From: Vicugna vicugna
Lineage: Eukaryota
Length of the DNA stretch: 64,000 nt
Assembly (NCBI GenBank): GCA_013265495.1
Contig: MU058198.1
Coordinates: forward strand, 2,120,419-2,184,418
Reading direction: 5' to 3'
Positions 12,001 through 24,000 of this stretch are shown piece by piece; the first letter of the stretch is position 1; each line of letters begins with the position of its first letter. The position numbers and the translations under genes were made by a program. The notes below the pieces were generated by a model. It was not told the origin of the DNA, did not search any database, and saw only the letters and a program-made list of their open reading frames with translations.

Positions 12001-15000
12001 GTGGTTCTGTATTTGAGGAGTATAGAAATTTCCTACTATAGTCATATATTTTTCTATTCATTTCAGTTGTCATTTTTGTTTTCTCTGTTTTAAGTTCTAT
12101 TGTTAGGTTATGCACACTTAGGATTGTTTAGGATCCTGTTACATTAGGATCAAAATGTAATGTCCTTCTTTTATCTCTGGTACTTTTCTTTGCTCTGAAA
12201 TCAACTCTGTCTGATATTAATATAACCATTCCAGCTTTCTTTTGATTCATGTTTCCATGGTATATCTTCTTCACTCACTCACTTTAAACCTACCTATATA
12301 ATTAAATTTTAAGTGAGTTTCTTGTCGACATTGTATATAGCTAAGTCATTTTTTAAATATAATCTGACAATCTCTTTCAATTGTTGTGTTGAGGCCATTT
12401 ATTTTTAAGTCCTGATATGCTGGATTTCAGTATACCATTTTATTATTTGTTTCCTGTTTGTTCCCACTGCATTTTCCCTCTGTTTCCCCTTTCCAGTCTT
12501 AATTTGGGTTTTAAACATTTTTAGTACTCCATTTTAATTTATCTATTGTGATTTTTTTTCTGTATCTCTTGTATGCATTTTTGGTGGTTGTTCTAGGAAC
12601 TACAAAATATAGACTAGGCTTTTCACAATTATTTAGAATCAATATTCTCCAACTATATTGAATGTAGAAACTTGACCGCATTTTAGGTATTTTATCCTCC
12701 TCCCTTTAAGCTGTAGTTGTCATATATTACACCGACATATATTGAAAACATTATCAGACAATGTTATATTTTTTGCTTGAAATCCTCTAGCATGTTCAAA
12801 GAACCATAAGAGAAAAATAGTTTTTATATTTACCATTTCTTCTCCCTAGCCAGAAGACACTCGCCTTCATGATTGTGCCACATCCTAGTGGCAGGAAGAC
12901 AGAGAGAGACCAGTAAAAACCAGTTGGGTTATGTCTTTTCTGAGCCATGGTTCCAATGAACTGAGAAGAAGATTTCCTCCCCCTCGGAGTTTTGGCTTTT
13001 GCAGGATTCCCACTCTTTTCCAGTCTTGCCACCATTCCTGTCCCAAGACTTCCCATGGGGTGGAGCACAAGAAAACAGAAGGGGAAAAATGGGACTGCCC
13101 CTCCCACATTTCCTCAGAGCTTTAGAGTTTTCCCTTTTCCACTCTTCTAGAGGATTTATCCTAACCTCATTCTGTCTGCACTACAGTGCTCACTTCCAGG
13201 CTTTGGATTGCTTTAAACTCAGGCTGGAGGACAAGATACATAAGGGAAAGATGGTAAACTCAACACTGTTCAGTGGCACTTCAGATTATGATGGTCTTCC
13301 TGATCCAGCTGCTGATGTTTACTTTTTATAGTTCTCCAGGTTTAATAATCGAATTCAGTGGGAGATAAAGGGGTGTGTGTGTTTACTTCATCATACCTGG
13401 AAGCTAGAGATAGGTTTCTTGTCTGCCTCTATTCATGATCTTCAGGTGTCTTTATAAATCCTGAAAATTCTTTTTTTAGGAACTCTCCTAAAAGGGAGGC
13501 AATGGGAAGAAGACACTATGTAGCTGATGTCAGAAAAAAGCTGGTATAAAATTCTTTCAGGATACAGTTAAAAGAAACTTCATTTATCTATACAGATGTG
13601 TAAGAAAACTTATGACCTAAGAACAGTCTGAGAATAAACTGGATGCACCATGTAAATTCTGGCTCCTCTTTCTAGGTAAAAAATATACGTCAGGAGGTGT
13701 CTCTTCTGGAAATGGACCATATGCTGTCTACTTTTAACCTGCTAGAAAAGCGTGATACATTTTCAAAGTCACTAACTGGAGGAATGAAGCGCAAACTCTC
13801 CATCATTATAGCACTTTTAGGGGGCTCCAAGGTATTAAGAAAGAATGAGAGAGAGGGTGGGTGGGCAGAGAGAGGGGCACTAAAAATGGATTTCTGCCAG
13901 CTGGTCTGGAAAACTTAGCTGACAAAAACCTGAGAGTTCATATGAATCTTAAAGGAACATTGCCAGTAATAATCAGAATGAAATGGCATTATTGGCTCAA
14001 GTGTTTAATTTAAATTACAGTTTAGGATTTTTTTTCCTAGAGTTTTTACCACTATTTTTAGTCCAGACTCTTTATATTTGTTTAAATGTGTTCCCCTCAA
14101 GTGGTAAATTATCCCACAAGTAGCATATCATCAATTATCAATGGTTATAGAATTGTTCTTCTGGTTTTTAGGTAGTGATACTTGACGAACCATCATCTGG
14201 CATGGACCCAGTCTCAAGGAGGGCCACCTGGGATCTCCTTCAGCAATTTAAACGCGATCGTACCATCTTACTGACCACCCACTACATGGATGAAGCTGAC
14301 GTCCTGGGTGACCGAATTGCCATCATGGTCGATGGGACCCTGCGGTGCTGTGGCTCTTCAATCTTCCTGAAACAAACATATGGTCTCTCCTCCCTTTGAT
14401 CATTCTTAGGATATTGGTGCCTTAATAGTCTTCTAACAAGATTTTAATTATATTTTGTGTATATATCAAAAACTTTGGTGACTCCCTCTGTCCTATTAAT
14501 TAGGTCACAACTGTTCTAATTGCTTTTTAAGGCCCTTTAGAATCTGGATATTCTTTACATATACTCACTCTTTCTCCAATACATAACTTTACACTCAGGA
14601 AATGCTTTTATCAAAGTCTACAAAACCTATGCTTGTATCTTCCATTTTGAACCTACTAACAGTTTTCTTTGTCCCTGGAATGCAGTTGTGCCCTCTAATA
14701 GGTTCATTTTAGGTGAGTGACTGGTTTATGAAGAGAGAAAGTAGATAAATCAATTATTTCTGATCCACATATCTCATTTGCCAAACTAATATCAATCCCC
14801 CATTGTGATGAGATAGCTCTAAAATGTGGCAATTGACAATGAAGATGTAGTGCAGAATGAAAAAATCATATAAGTGAAATAAAAGAGTCTTTGACTCTGA
14901 TAAAGCTTTTTTAAGAGATAAAACTGATACATCAAACAGTGAACTATTGAGGGCTAAAATTACAGTAATAGGAGTCCCAATTTAGAGGGTATAAACATAA

Positions 15001-18000
15001 ATGGAGATAAGGATGAATTGCTTCCTCATTCATTTATTCAATATTTGCATTTATTCAACTGATCTTAATTATTTCCTCCATACTGGTTACTATGGTATCC
15101 ACTTTATATAGCATGTTTAATATTCATTTAATATTCATTTAATATTCCCATTTTACAGAATACAGAACTATGGCTCAGGTATATCAAAAATTTATCTAAG
15201 TCATATTTATATACCCAGTTAGTTCAAAGTTTATAATCATCTTATAGGTTTGAGTTTTACAGTTGACTTGTAAGGGATTCTATATCCAAAATTATTTATG
15301 CCATTTGAATTGGATGTTAGCCTGAGATAAGGGACACATGATTTAAACAGCTATGCTTCTGATAAATAAATACAATAATTTCTAATATTCACTAACTTTA
15401 CTATTTTTTGGTAAAATAATACAACATATATGTAACTAGATACATTAAAGTCATAATATTTTGGGATGTTCAAGTCCCTTTTTATAGGTACTAAACTTTC
15501 ATTATGCTTAAACTGAACTTCTTGCATTTTACTTGAAAGCCTGGGATTTGTGTTCACTTCTTTGAGAGCATACAAAATTCCACGTTAGTATCAGTATACA
15601 CTTCTCACTAACTACTTTGCCTCTCTGTCCTAAAAGGACAGACAGTTGAGAAGCTTATTGTCATGATTCTTGAGAAGTAAAAAGTAATTTACATATAATT
15701 TTGTAAGTAAACCAAAAGTAGCTTGGGTCCCCATGGCTGGTAAATAATGGATAGGTCACTTCATTCTCTGGATGTCAGTTGCCTCATTTTCAAAATGGAG
15801 TAATAGTGTCTTCCCCACCATAAGCCAGGTAAAATAAACCAGATTATCAGCTAAGAGATCTATACTTAAAACCTGTTACTCTTTTTATAAATGTTTTAAG
15901 GAATATAAATGCAAGTACAATGACAATCTGAAATGCACATATTGAAAAGCAATGATGTTTTCCTCCAATTCCATAAAGTAATTTCTCTATATAGGCAAAG
16001 TACTAATTAAGTATAAAGTTCTCTGATTTCTTTGAGATCCTTATCAAAAATCATATTCTTGGGCTTTCCATAGATGTCTGTCTAAAATTTAACAACATTC
16101 CTTCAACATTTCATATCTCCCTTCTTTGCTTTATTTTATCTAACACATCCTTTATTCTAACTTACTCCTCTTTATTAGTATCTGTCTCCTTTGACTAGAA
16201 AGTAGCTCTCAAGGAGGCAGGAATTTTTACGTGCTTTGTTCACTGCTCTATCTGCAGGGCCTAGATGAATACTTAATACACAGTGGACAGCCAATGATAA
16301 TAAATGAATATTTATCAAGATTAGAGTTTCAAAAATAACTAACTAGGTAACAGGGGCCTTTTTTCATACATATACTGTATCTGGTTATATACACTAAATT
16401 ATTGTCTTTCATCAAGAAAATTATTGAAATTATAGAGGAAGTTGCTGTTTATTCAATGTCTTAGTTCTTGGAACAACATTTGGAAGTTTCAGGTATGAGA
16501 CTCCTCAGAGTTATAACAAAATATCTACGACATACCATGTCTTCTTCCCTATGGACCTGGATACCTGAATCATGGCGAGCCAAATTTGGTCCTACAGGGA
16601 AATGAAAAAGTACAAAACTACTTCATCTGGTCTTCTAAATGGTTTCTCTCAGGTGCTGGATATCACATAGTCATGGAGAGGGAACCACATTGTGATGTTG
16701 ATGAGGTCTCTGCAATGATTCAGTCTCATATTCCGGGTGCCGTTTTGGAAAACTGTTTTGGAGCAGAATTATCATTTATCCTACCCAAAGAGCATACACA
16801 CAGGTATAGATTCAGAGATTTCTACATAAATGTTTTGGGTGCCAGAAACCGTTCTGAATTTTCCAAGTTTAGTAAGCTTAGTGAGTGGTGTTTTGCTAAC
16901 AAGCAAGATCTCCAGTTACAGGTATCATTTGTCAACTGAAGTTGAGAAGTTCACAGCTGAAGATTCCTCTCACTGTACAGAGGATTGCTTCATAAATTTG
17001 AGTTTATTCAAGGCTTATTTGATATTTTTCCTCTGGGGTTGTGTGTGTCTCTGTGTGTGTGTGTGTGTGTGTGTGTGGGAAAGTTTACAAACTAGTGCCT
17101 ATAGCTAGCTTCCTGGTGTTAAATAGTGTATAACTAATGGTAAAATGTTTATGGTATACAAATTTTATGTAGTGAGTAAGGTCGAGAAGAATATTAAGAT
17201 GATGAAAGAAAAAAGTAGTTTAAATGGCAACTCTTGGAGCAAGGGTGACGAAGACACAGAGAAAACAGGGAGTTTGATCTCAGTAGTTAGCCAAATTAAT
17301 AATACAGAGGAGACACAGGGATGATAATTCTGCCTGGGATTCTCATTTTAAGCTAAGAGAAATGGAAGGTAAGGGTACTTACTCATCATTAACCTTCGGG
17401 GAGTGCGCCATTTTTATCTTCTTGTCTGAAGTTACTACTACCTAGATGTCCCGTAGGTGCACGGTGGCTGCCGTACACAAGAAGAGAAGAACAATTTGTA
17501 GGATATTGCTTTACATGTCTATCTCTTATAGACCTTCTGGTAGAATGAAGGAAGTAACACACAGGAGCCAGGCTGCCAAGACTCCAATAAATGAAGAGAT
17601 ATGAAAGTAATCATATTTTGTATCCTAGAAGAGGAATAAAAGGAAGAGGAATTATGTGATGGAGCTACACTTATTCAGAGAGTAAATCTGAACCTTCTTG
17701 AAAAGCAGGAGCATGGATCAGTATTGAGACAGTTGGGGTGAACCTCAGCCCCAGTCATGAGGAAGAGTAAGGGAAATGAAAGAAACTACAATGGGACATT
17801 GATTCAGCAGAGGTTTTGTTGGGTACTTCTAACATTGCATTGTATTTTTAACATCTGGAAGTGCAGAGTGTCTCTGAAAGAAACATGTTAGAGAAGCTGC
17901 TTAAACTTAGCACAACACCTGCCCTTCCCATATAATATGTATGTAAATGATATTATCAGAAGAAACCATGAATAATTAATATGTCATTAATATTAAGTCC

Positions 18001-21000
18001 AAAACAGGAAATGTAAGAATTTAGAAATGGGTAGTATTTTCATTGTGTCTTCCTACTAAATATTTCGAACATGGAAGAGAGCTCATGGAAGAATCTCTGA
18101 GAAATGAATAACTAGTCACACAGATTAATATCAACACATTAGATGTGGACTTCTGGGCCAGGGACAGTGGATCAAACATGGCACAGAAGTAAATTATGAA
18201 GTTGGGGAAGAATGTGTTTGCTCAGAATGAAGTTTTCTTTAATAGGATAATTTTAAACCAAGTATTGAAAGAGAGAGAAAAAAAAACAACCAGAATAAAA
18301 TGTCCATAGTCCATGTAGCTCACATAATAGGTCTCTATAGTAGGGAAAAATAAGATGACAACTACTTGTATGAAGAGTTGTCACAGGGTGTGGGGTCAGA
18401 CTGAACTGGAGGGTAAGAGTAGAACCAATTATCAAAGCTGGCTAAAGTTAGATGGAAGTGAAATTCAGCTAAAATATGAAAGAAATTAGAAGATGAAGTT
18501 TTTAGTCCACCGTGTCTGAGGGTAATCATACATATCCTTGATAGATCCTTACTGAGAGTGAGAGTGTTTAAGAAGTGAATGGGTTTCTGGAGAAGGTCTT
18601 TTGAACCTAAAACTGTTAATTCTTCCTTGGTAGTAATTATAGCACAATTAGCAACACTTCCGTACAACTCACCTAGCTATTTGATGACATCTTCTCTCTC
18701 AGTTCTCAGCTTCTACTTCACTAACTCCATTTTCTGTTGTCTAGTGTTTTATACCTCTTACAATTTGAGAACTCTTTTCCATTTGATGTAGGAACCACAT
18801 GTGAATAAATTAAGTTTTATCAACTAGCTGTAGTTCTTAACACTTATGGAAAACAAATTGATAATTTTTTAGAAGAACAAAAGATTTGTATCAAAGATCA
18901 GGTTATAGTAAGGAGAAATTTGGTAAGGTGAGTATCTCTTCCTTATTTCCATTTGTTTCACAGTAAGCATTACAGAATAATGACCTCCTAAACATTTTCC
19001 CCATGGCTAACCAGAAATTATTACAGAACCAAACAATACTGAAAACTCATCTAGCAAAAAAATCTAAAAACGTAATTTTTAAATGGGCAAGGGACTTGAA
19101 TATACATTTCTCCAAAAAAGATGTACGAATTGCCAATAAGCACATAACTCACTCATTAGGGAAATGCAAATCAAAAACACAAAAGATGACAAATATTAGT
19201 AAGGATATGGAGAAACTTGAGAATGTGCATGGCTGTTGGGAATGTAAAATGGTACATCTGCTGTGGGAAACAGTATGACAGTTTGTGAAAAAGTTAAACC
19301 TAGTATTACCATGTGATCCAGCAATTCCACTTCTAGGTATACACCCAAAATAATTGAAAGCAGGAACTCCAACAATCATTTGTACACTATGTTTAAAGCA
19401 ACATTATTCACAAAATCCAAAAGGTGGAAACAATCCAAATGCCCACTGGCAAATGGATGGAAAAGCAACATGTTGTGTAGCCAAACAATTGAGTATTCCT
19501 CAGCCTTGAAAAGGAATGAATTTCTGATACATGCTACAATATGGATGAAGGCAGAAAAAAATATGCTAACTGAAATAAGTCAACACAAAAGGACAAATAA
19601 TGTATGACTCCAACTCACATAAGGCACATAGAATAGGCAAATCAATAGAGACAGAAAATAAAATGAAATTAAGGAAATGGAGGAAGAGAGAATTATTCTT
19701 CAACAGATAAAGAGTTTTAGTTTGGATTGTCAAATAGTTCTGGAAATGGATGGTGATGATTGTACAGCTTGTGAATGTGCTTAATGCTGCTTGACTTTAA
19801 ACAAATGAATTTATCACTTAAAACTATGAAATAGTAAATGTAATGTTTCATGGATTTTACCACATTAAAAAAAATTAAGAATTCAGCTGGGAATAAAAGT
19901 AAGTATTAAATAGGAAAAAGTAAGTGGTCATATATTTTTTCTTAATTCCATTTAATAGAAAGTAAAATAAATTGAAAAAAATGTATTTAGAGTAGTGCTA
20001 GTAATTTATTTCCTCTTCCTTCTCTCCTTCTAGGTTTGAAGCTCTGTTTAACGATCTGGAAAAGAAACAAAAAGAGCTGGGCATTGCCAGCTTTGGTGCT
20101 TCAATCACTACCATGGAAGAAGTTTTCCTAAAGTGAGTAATAAATAATGACCTAAAAAAAAAAAACTTCCACCCATGAAGTCCCACATCAGTTAGAGAGC
20201 AAACTCCACCCAATTTGCATTGGAATAAAGTATTCACAGTTACAGATGTTTTCAAATATGTTAGTATTTATGCTAATGTATTTCTGTACATTCAGCTAAG
20301 AAAATGTAAAGATTTTGAGCTTGGGCCTTGCTGCGTGTGTCTTTTGGTGGCAGAAGATTTAAGAGTTAGTCAAGAAAAAAAGAATATCTATGTCATCATA
20401 GGAAACTTTTAGTTGAACTTGGCATCCATACTAGAAATGACTTTAAAGTTTTGACCTAAGCGTGTTTCTGTTGGGGAGGAAGAAATTTTCCTCTACCCTT
20501 CTAAATTCTTCTGGCGTGTTTAAGAATTAAACTGATATGAGACAGATTAGCAGGAGAAAATCAAACAAAAGTTTAATAACATGTATACATGAGAGAGACC
20601 CAGGAGAACTGAGTAACTTGCCAAAATGACTGAAACCCTCACCTTAAATACCATCTTCAGCTAAAAATAAGAGAGATGTCTGGGGTAGTGGTTTGGGACT
20701 TTGGAGGGGAGGAAAGCAATTCACATGGAGAAAAGCAAATGTTTAGTAAGAAATGTTTGTTAGACCTTACAGAGACTATCGGACACAAAGTGTGCTCTGA
20801 TCTCTAGTCCCTGCCTGAGTTTTCCCACTACACCTACCCTATATTCGTTGCAGGTACCTCTCATGATAGCTCTATTCCTGGAACAGGCCCTTTATCTAAA
20901 TAATCTTTTAGGCAGCTAAATTGGAGGTAAGAGGAAAGATTTCCTGAGTCTTTGGGGCTTTGATTGTTTTCAGCTGGAAATAACCCACATGCCAAAGAGA

Positions 21001-24000
21001 CATTTTGGGGTGGCAAATTTTGCTCCCCAACATTTCCATAATTTATTTAATTTGTACATGGTTTATTTCTTGCACTGTGAAGAAGTTCAAAAGGAAAATG
21101 CCCAGGGAGTTCAGTCTGTTACTTAGCAAAGTCAGATGGCTACCTTTCAAAGGTTGTACAAAATGTCCTTTTTCCTGATAGTGCAATGACAGAGCTGGGT
21201 CTGTTAGCAGATGGAGGGACCCCTAACTTAGGAAGCCCGCCAAAGTGTGAGTTCTTGCCACTGACTGTGAAAGAATTTGCACAGCCAAGGCAGAGGGACA
21301 AAGTGAACAGCTGCTTTATTGCTCAGAAGGGGAAAAGGAAGGAAAGTACTCGAGCAGGGGGAAGGGAAGAAAAGGACTGGAGTGGAGAAGAGGTGCTCAA
21401 GAGGGGAACCTTCAGCCAAGAAGGGCAGTAGGGACAGCTCCCCTGTGGGTCGGGCCACGTGGACTTTTTGGGAGGCTTCTGCCATCATGTCCTCCTTCCA
21501 GCTGTGATGGAGCCAGTCGGTCCTTGTTTGAGTTTTTCGGTCCTTGTATGGGCTTTTCTGGTTGTTGTCATGGCAGTCGTCAACTGTCATGGCGCTGGTG
21601 GGTGTGTCGCTTAGCATACTAATATATTACAGTAAGCATATAATGAGGTTTAAGGTCCATTGGAAGTCAGATCCTCCACCATCTTGGACTGGGTTCTAAC
21701 CAATTCTTATTTCTTCTCAGCAGCTGCCCTCAGATACTTAGATAAGAGTAACTGGTTTTTATTTGAGGGAGGAGCATGGGTATAATCCTGGGGGCATCAG
21801 CCTTGGTAACAAAAAGGAAAGTTGCTTTTAATCAGAATGCCTGCAATCTAGCGGACTCAGCATCCCCCAAAAAACCATCTGCAAAGATTCTGTTCAGCCA
21901 CGAAAGTTTTAAAGGGGAATGAAGGAATAATCTCACTTAATCATTGAGCTAGGTGATCAGAGTCATTGCCATCCCCCAGTGCCTGCAGGCTTGTCCTAAT
22001 AACTGCTAGAGCCTGCTCTTCTATGGCTCAGGGAGGCCTGGGAGGCTCCAGCTTTTCTATAAACAAGAGGCAGAGGGGGTGGGGTTGGGGGTCCACAGGG
22101 TCCTTCTCCCTTGCAGATTTCATTCTCTCAGACTCAGGAATTTAATATAGTCAGTATCCCAGTGTTGCCTTAGGGTAATTAAGTTCAGACAAGACTGATA
22201 TACATAAATTAAGGGCTACTTCATTAATTTATAATAAGGAATAAACTATAATAAAAATGACTTATAATAATTACAGCCTCTTTGCCATTCAACCAGATGT
22301 CCTCTTGTCTGTCTCTAGGCAAGCTGCATAGGGAGCAAAATGGTAATGAGTTATTTTATGAGCCCAGCTAGAACAAGCTTCATAAGGGCAGAGACCATGT
22401 CTGTTTTGTCCACTGACTACACTTGGGGCCTCAAACCATGTCTGCCACCTAGTCAATATTCAGAAATGTTCTTGAATGAATAAATGAATTAATGTTATTT
22501 AAACCATTATCTCCACAACAGATGCTCTACCTGCCACTGGGAATAACAGGTTAAACCTTTAGACCATAACACCTATGTTGTCTCTCCCCGGGGTTATTGT
22601 CAATGTTTGCCACGGTCTCCTTTCCTATCTTTTTTTTTAATAGTAAAATATACATAAATTAAACGTCTTGAATATTTTTAAGTATATAGTTCAATGGTAT
22701 TAAATACTTCTACATTGTTGTGCAACAAACCATCACCAATATTCATCCCCATTCTTTTCATCTTGTAAAACTGAAACTCTATATCCATTAAACAATAACT
22801 CCTCATTCCTCCCTACCCCTACCCTGGCAACCACCGTTACACTCTCTTTCTTTATGACTTATACTATTGTGAGTGCCTCATATACGTGAGATCATACAGT
22901 ATTTGTCTGTCACTGGTTTGGTTCACTTTGCTTAATGTCCTCAAGGGTCATCCATGTAGCTTATTGCAGAATCTGCTTCCTTTTAAAAATTAAATAATAT
23001 TCCATTGTATTATATACCACATTTTGCACATCCATTCATTGGTCAGTGGTTACTTGGGTGGCTTCTACATTTTAGGTATTATGAATAATGTCGCTATGAA
23101 TGTTGTGTACTAATGTCTCTTTGAGACCTTGCTTCCAATTCTTTTTGATATATATCTAGAAGTGGAATTATTGGATCATATGGTAATTCTGTTTTTAATA
23201 TATAACGGATGCCATACTGTTTTCTGCAGTGGCGCTAACATTTAACATTCCCACCAGCAGTGCTCAAGGATTCCAGTGTCTTCACATTCTCACCCACACT
23301 TGTTATTTTCTGTTTATTTGATAGTAGCCATATAATGGGTGAAAAGTGTAGTTTTGACTTACATTTTACTAATGATTAGTGATACTGAGCATCTTTCCAT
23401 GTGCTCACTGGCCATTCATACATCGTCTTTGGAGAAATGTCTCTTCAAATCCTTTGCCCATTTTTGAATCAGATTGTTTTTTGTTATTGAGTTTTAGGAT
23501 TTATCTATATATTCTTGACATTAATTCCTTAACAGACGTATGACTGGCAAATATTTTCTCTTTTTCTATGGGTTGTGTTTTCACTCTGTTCATATTCTCT
23601 TTTGATGCACAAAAGTTTTTAGTTTTCATGAAGTACAATTTGCCTATTTTTTGTCTTTTGTTACCTGTGCCTTTGGTATCATATCCAAGAAATCATTGCC
23701 AAATCCAAACTCATTAAGCTTTTGTTTTATGTTTATATCACTTGACCATACATGTGGTGGTTTATTTCTGAGCTATTTACTCTATTCCCGTGGTCTATTT
23801 GTATTGCTTTATGCTAATACCACACCATTTTGATTACTGTAGCTTTGTAGTAAGTTTTGAAATCAGGAAGTATGAGTCTCCCAGTTTTGTTCTTCTTTTT
23901 CAAGAGCGTTTTGGCTCTTCAGCATTCCTTCAGATGCCACAGAAGCTTAGGATGGGTTTTTCTATTTCTGCAAAAACTGTCAATGAGAATTTGACACGTA

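Noticed and set aside
12796..13331. Cluster of 64-110 aa ORFs on both strands
   Set aside because: No recognisable domains or splice support; probably old repeat-derived sequence
15351..15575. Minus-strand ORF with ALKEVNTNP, faintly like class C GPCR N-terminal motifs
   Set aside because: Similarity too short and does not extend; treated as coincidence
21186..21617. Overlapping 62-129 aa ORFs
   Set aside because: Lie in GC-rich LTR sequence; no recognisable gag/pol/env motifs
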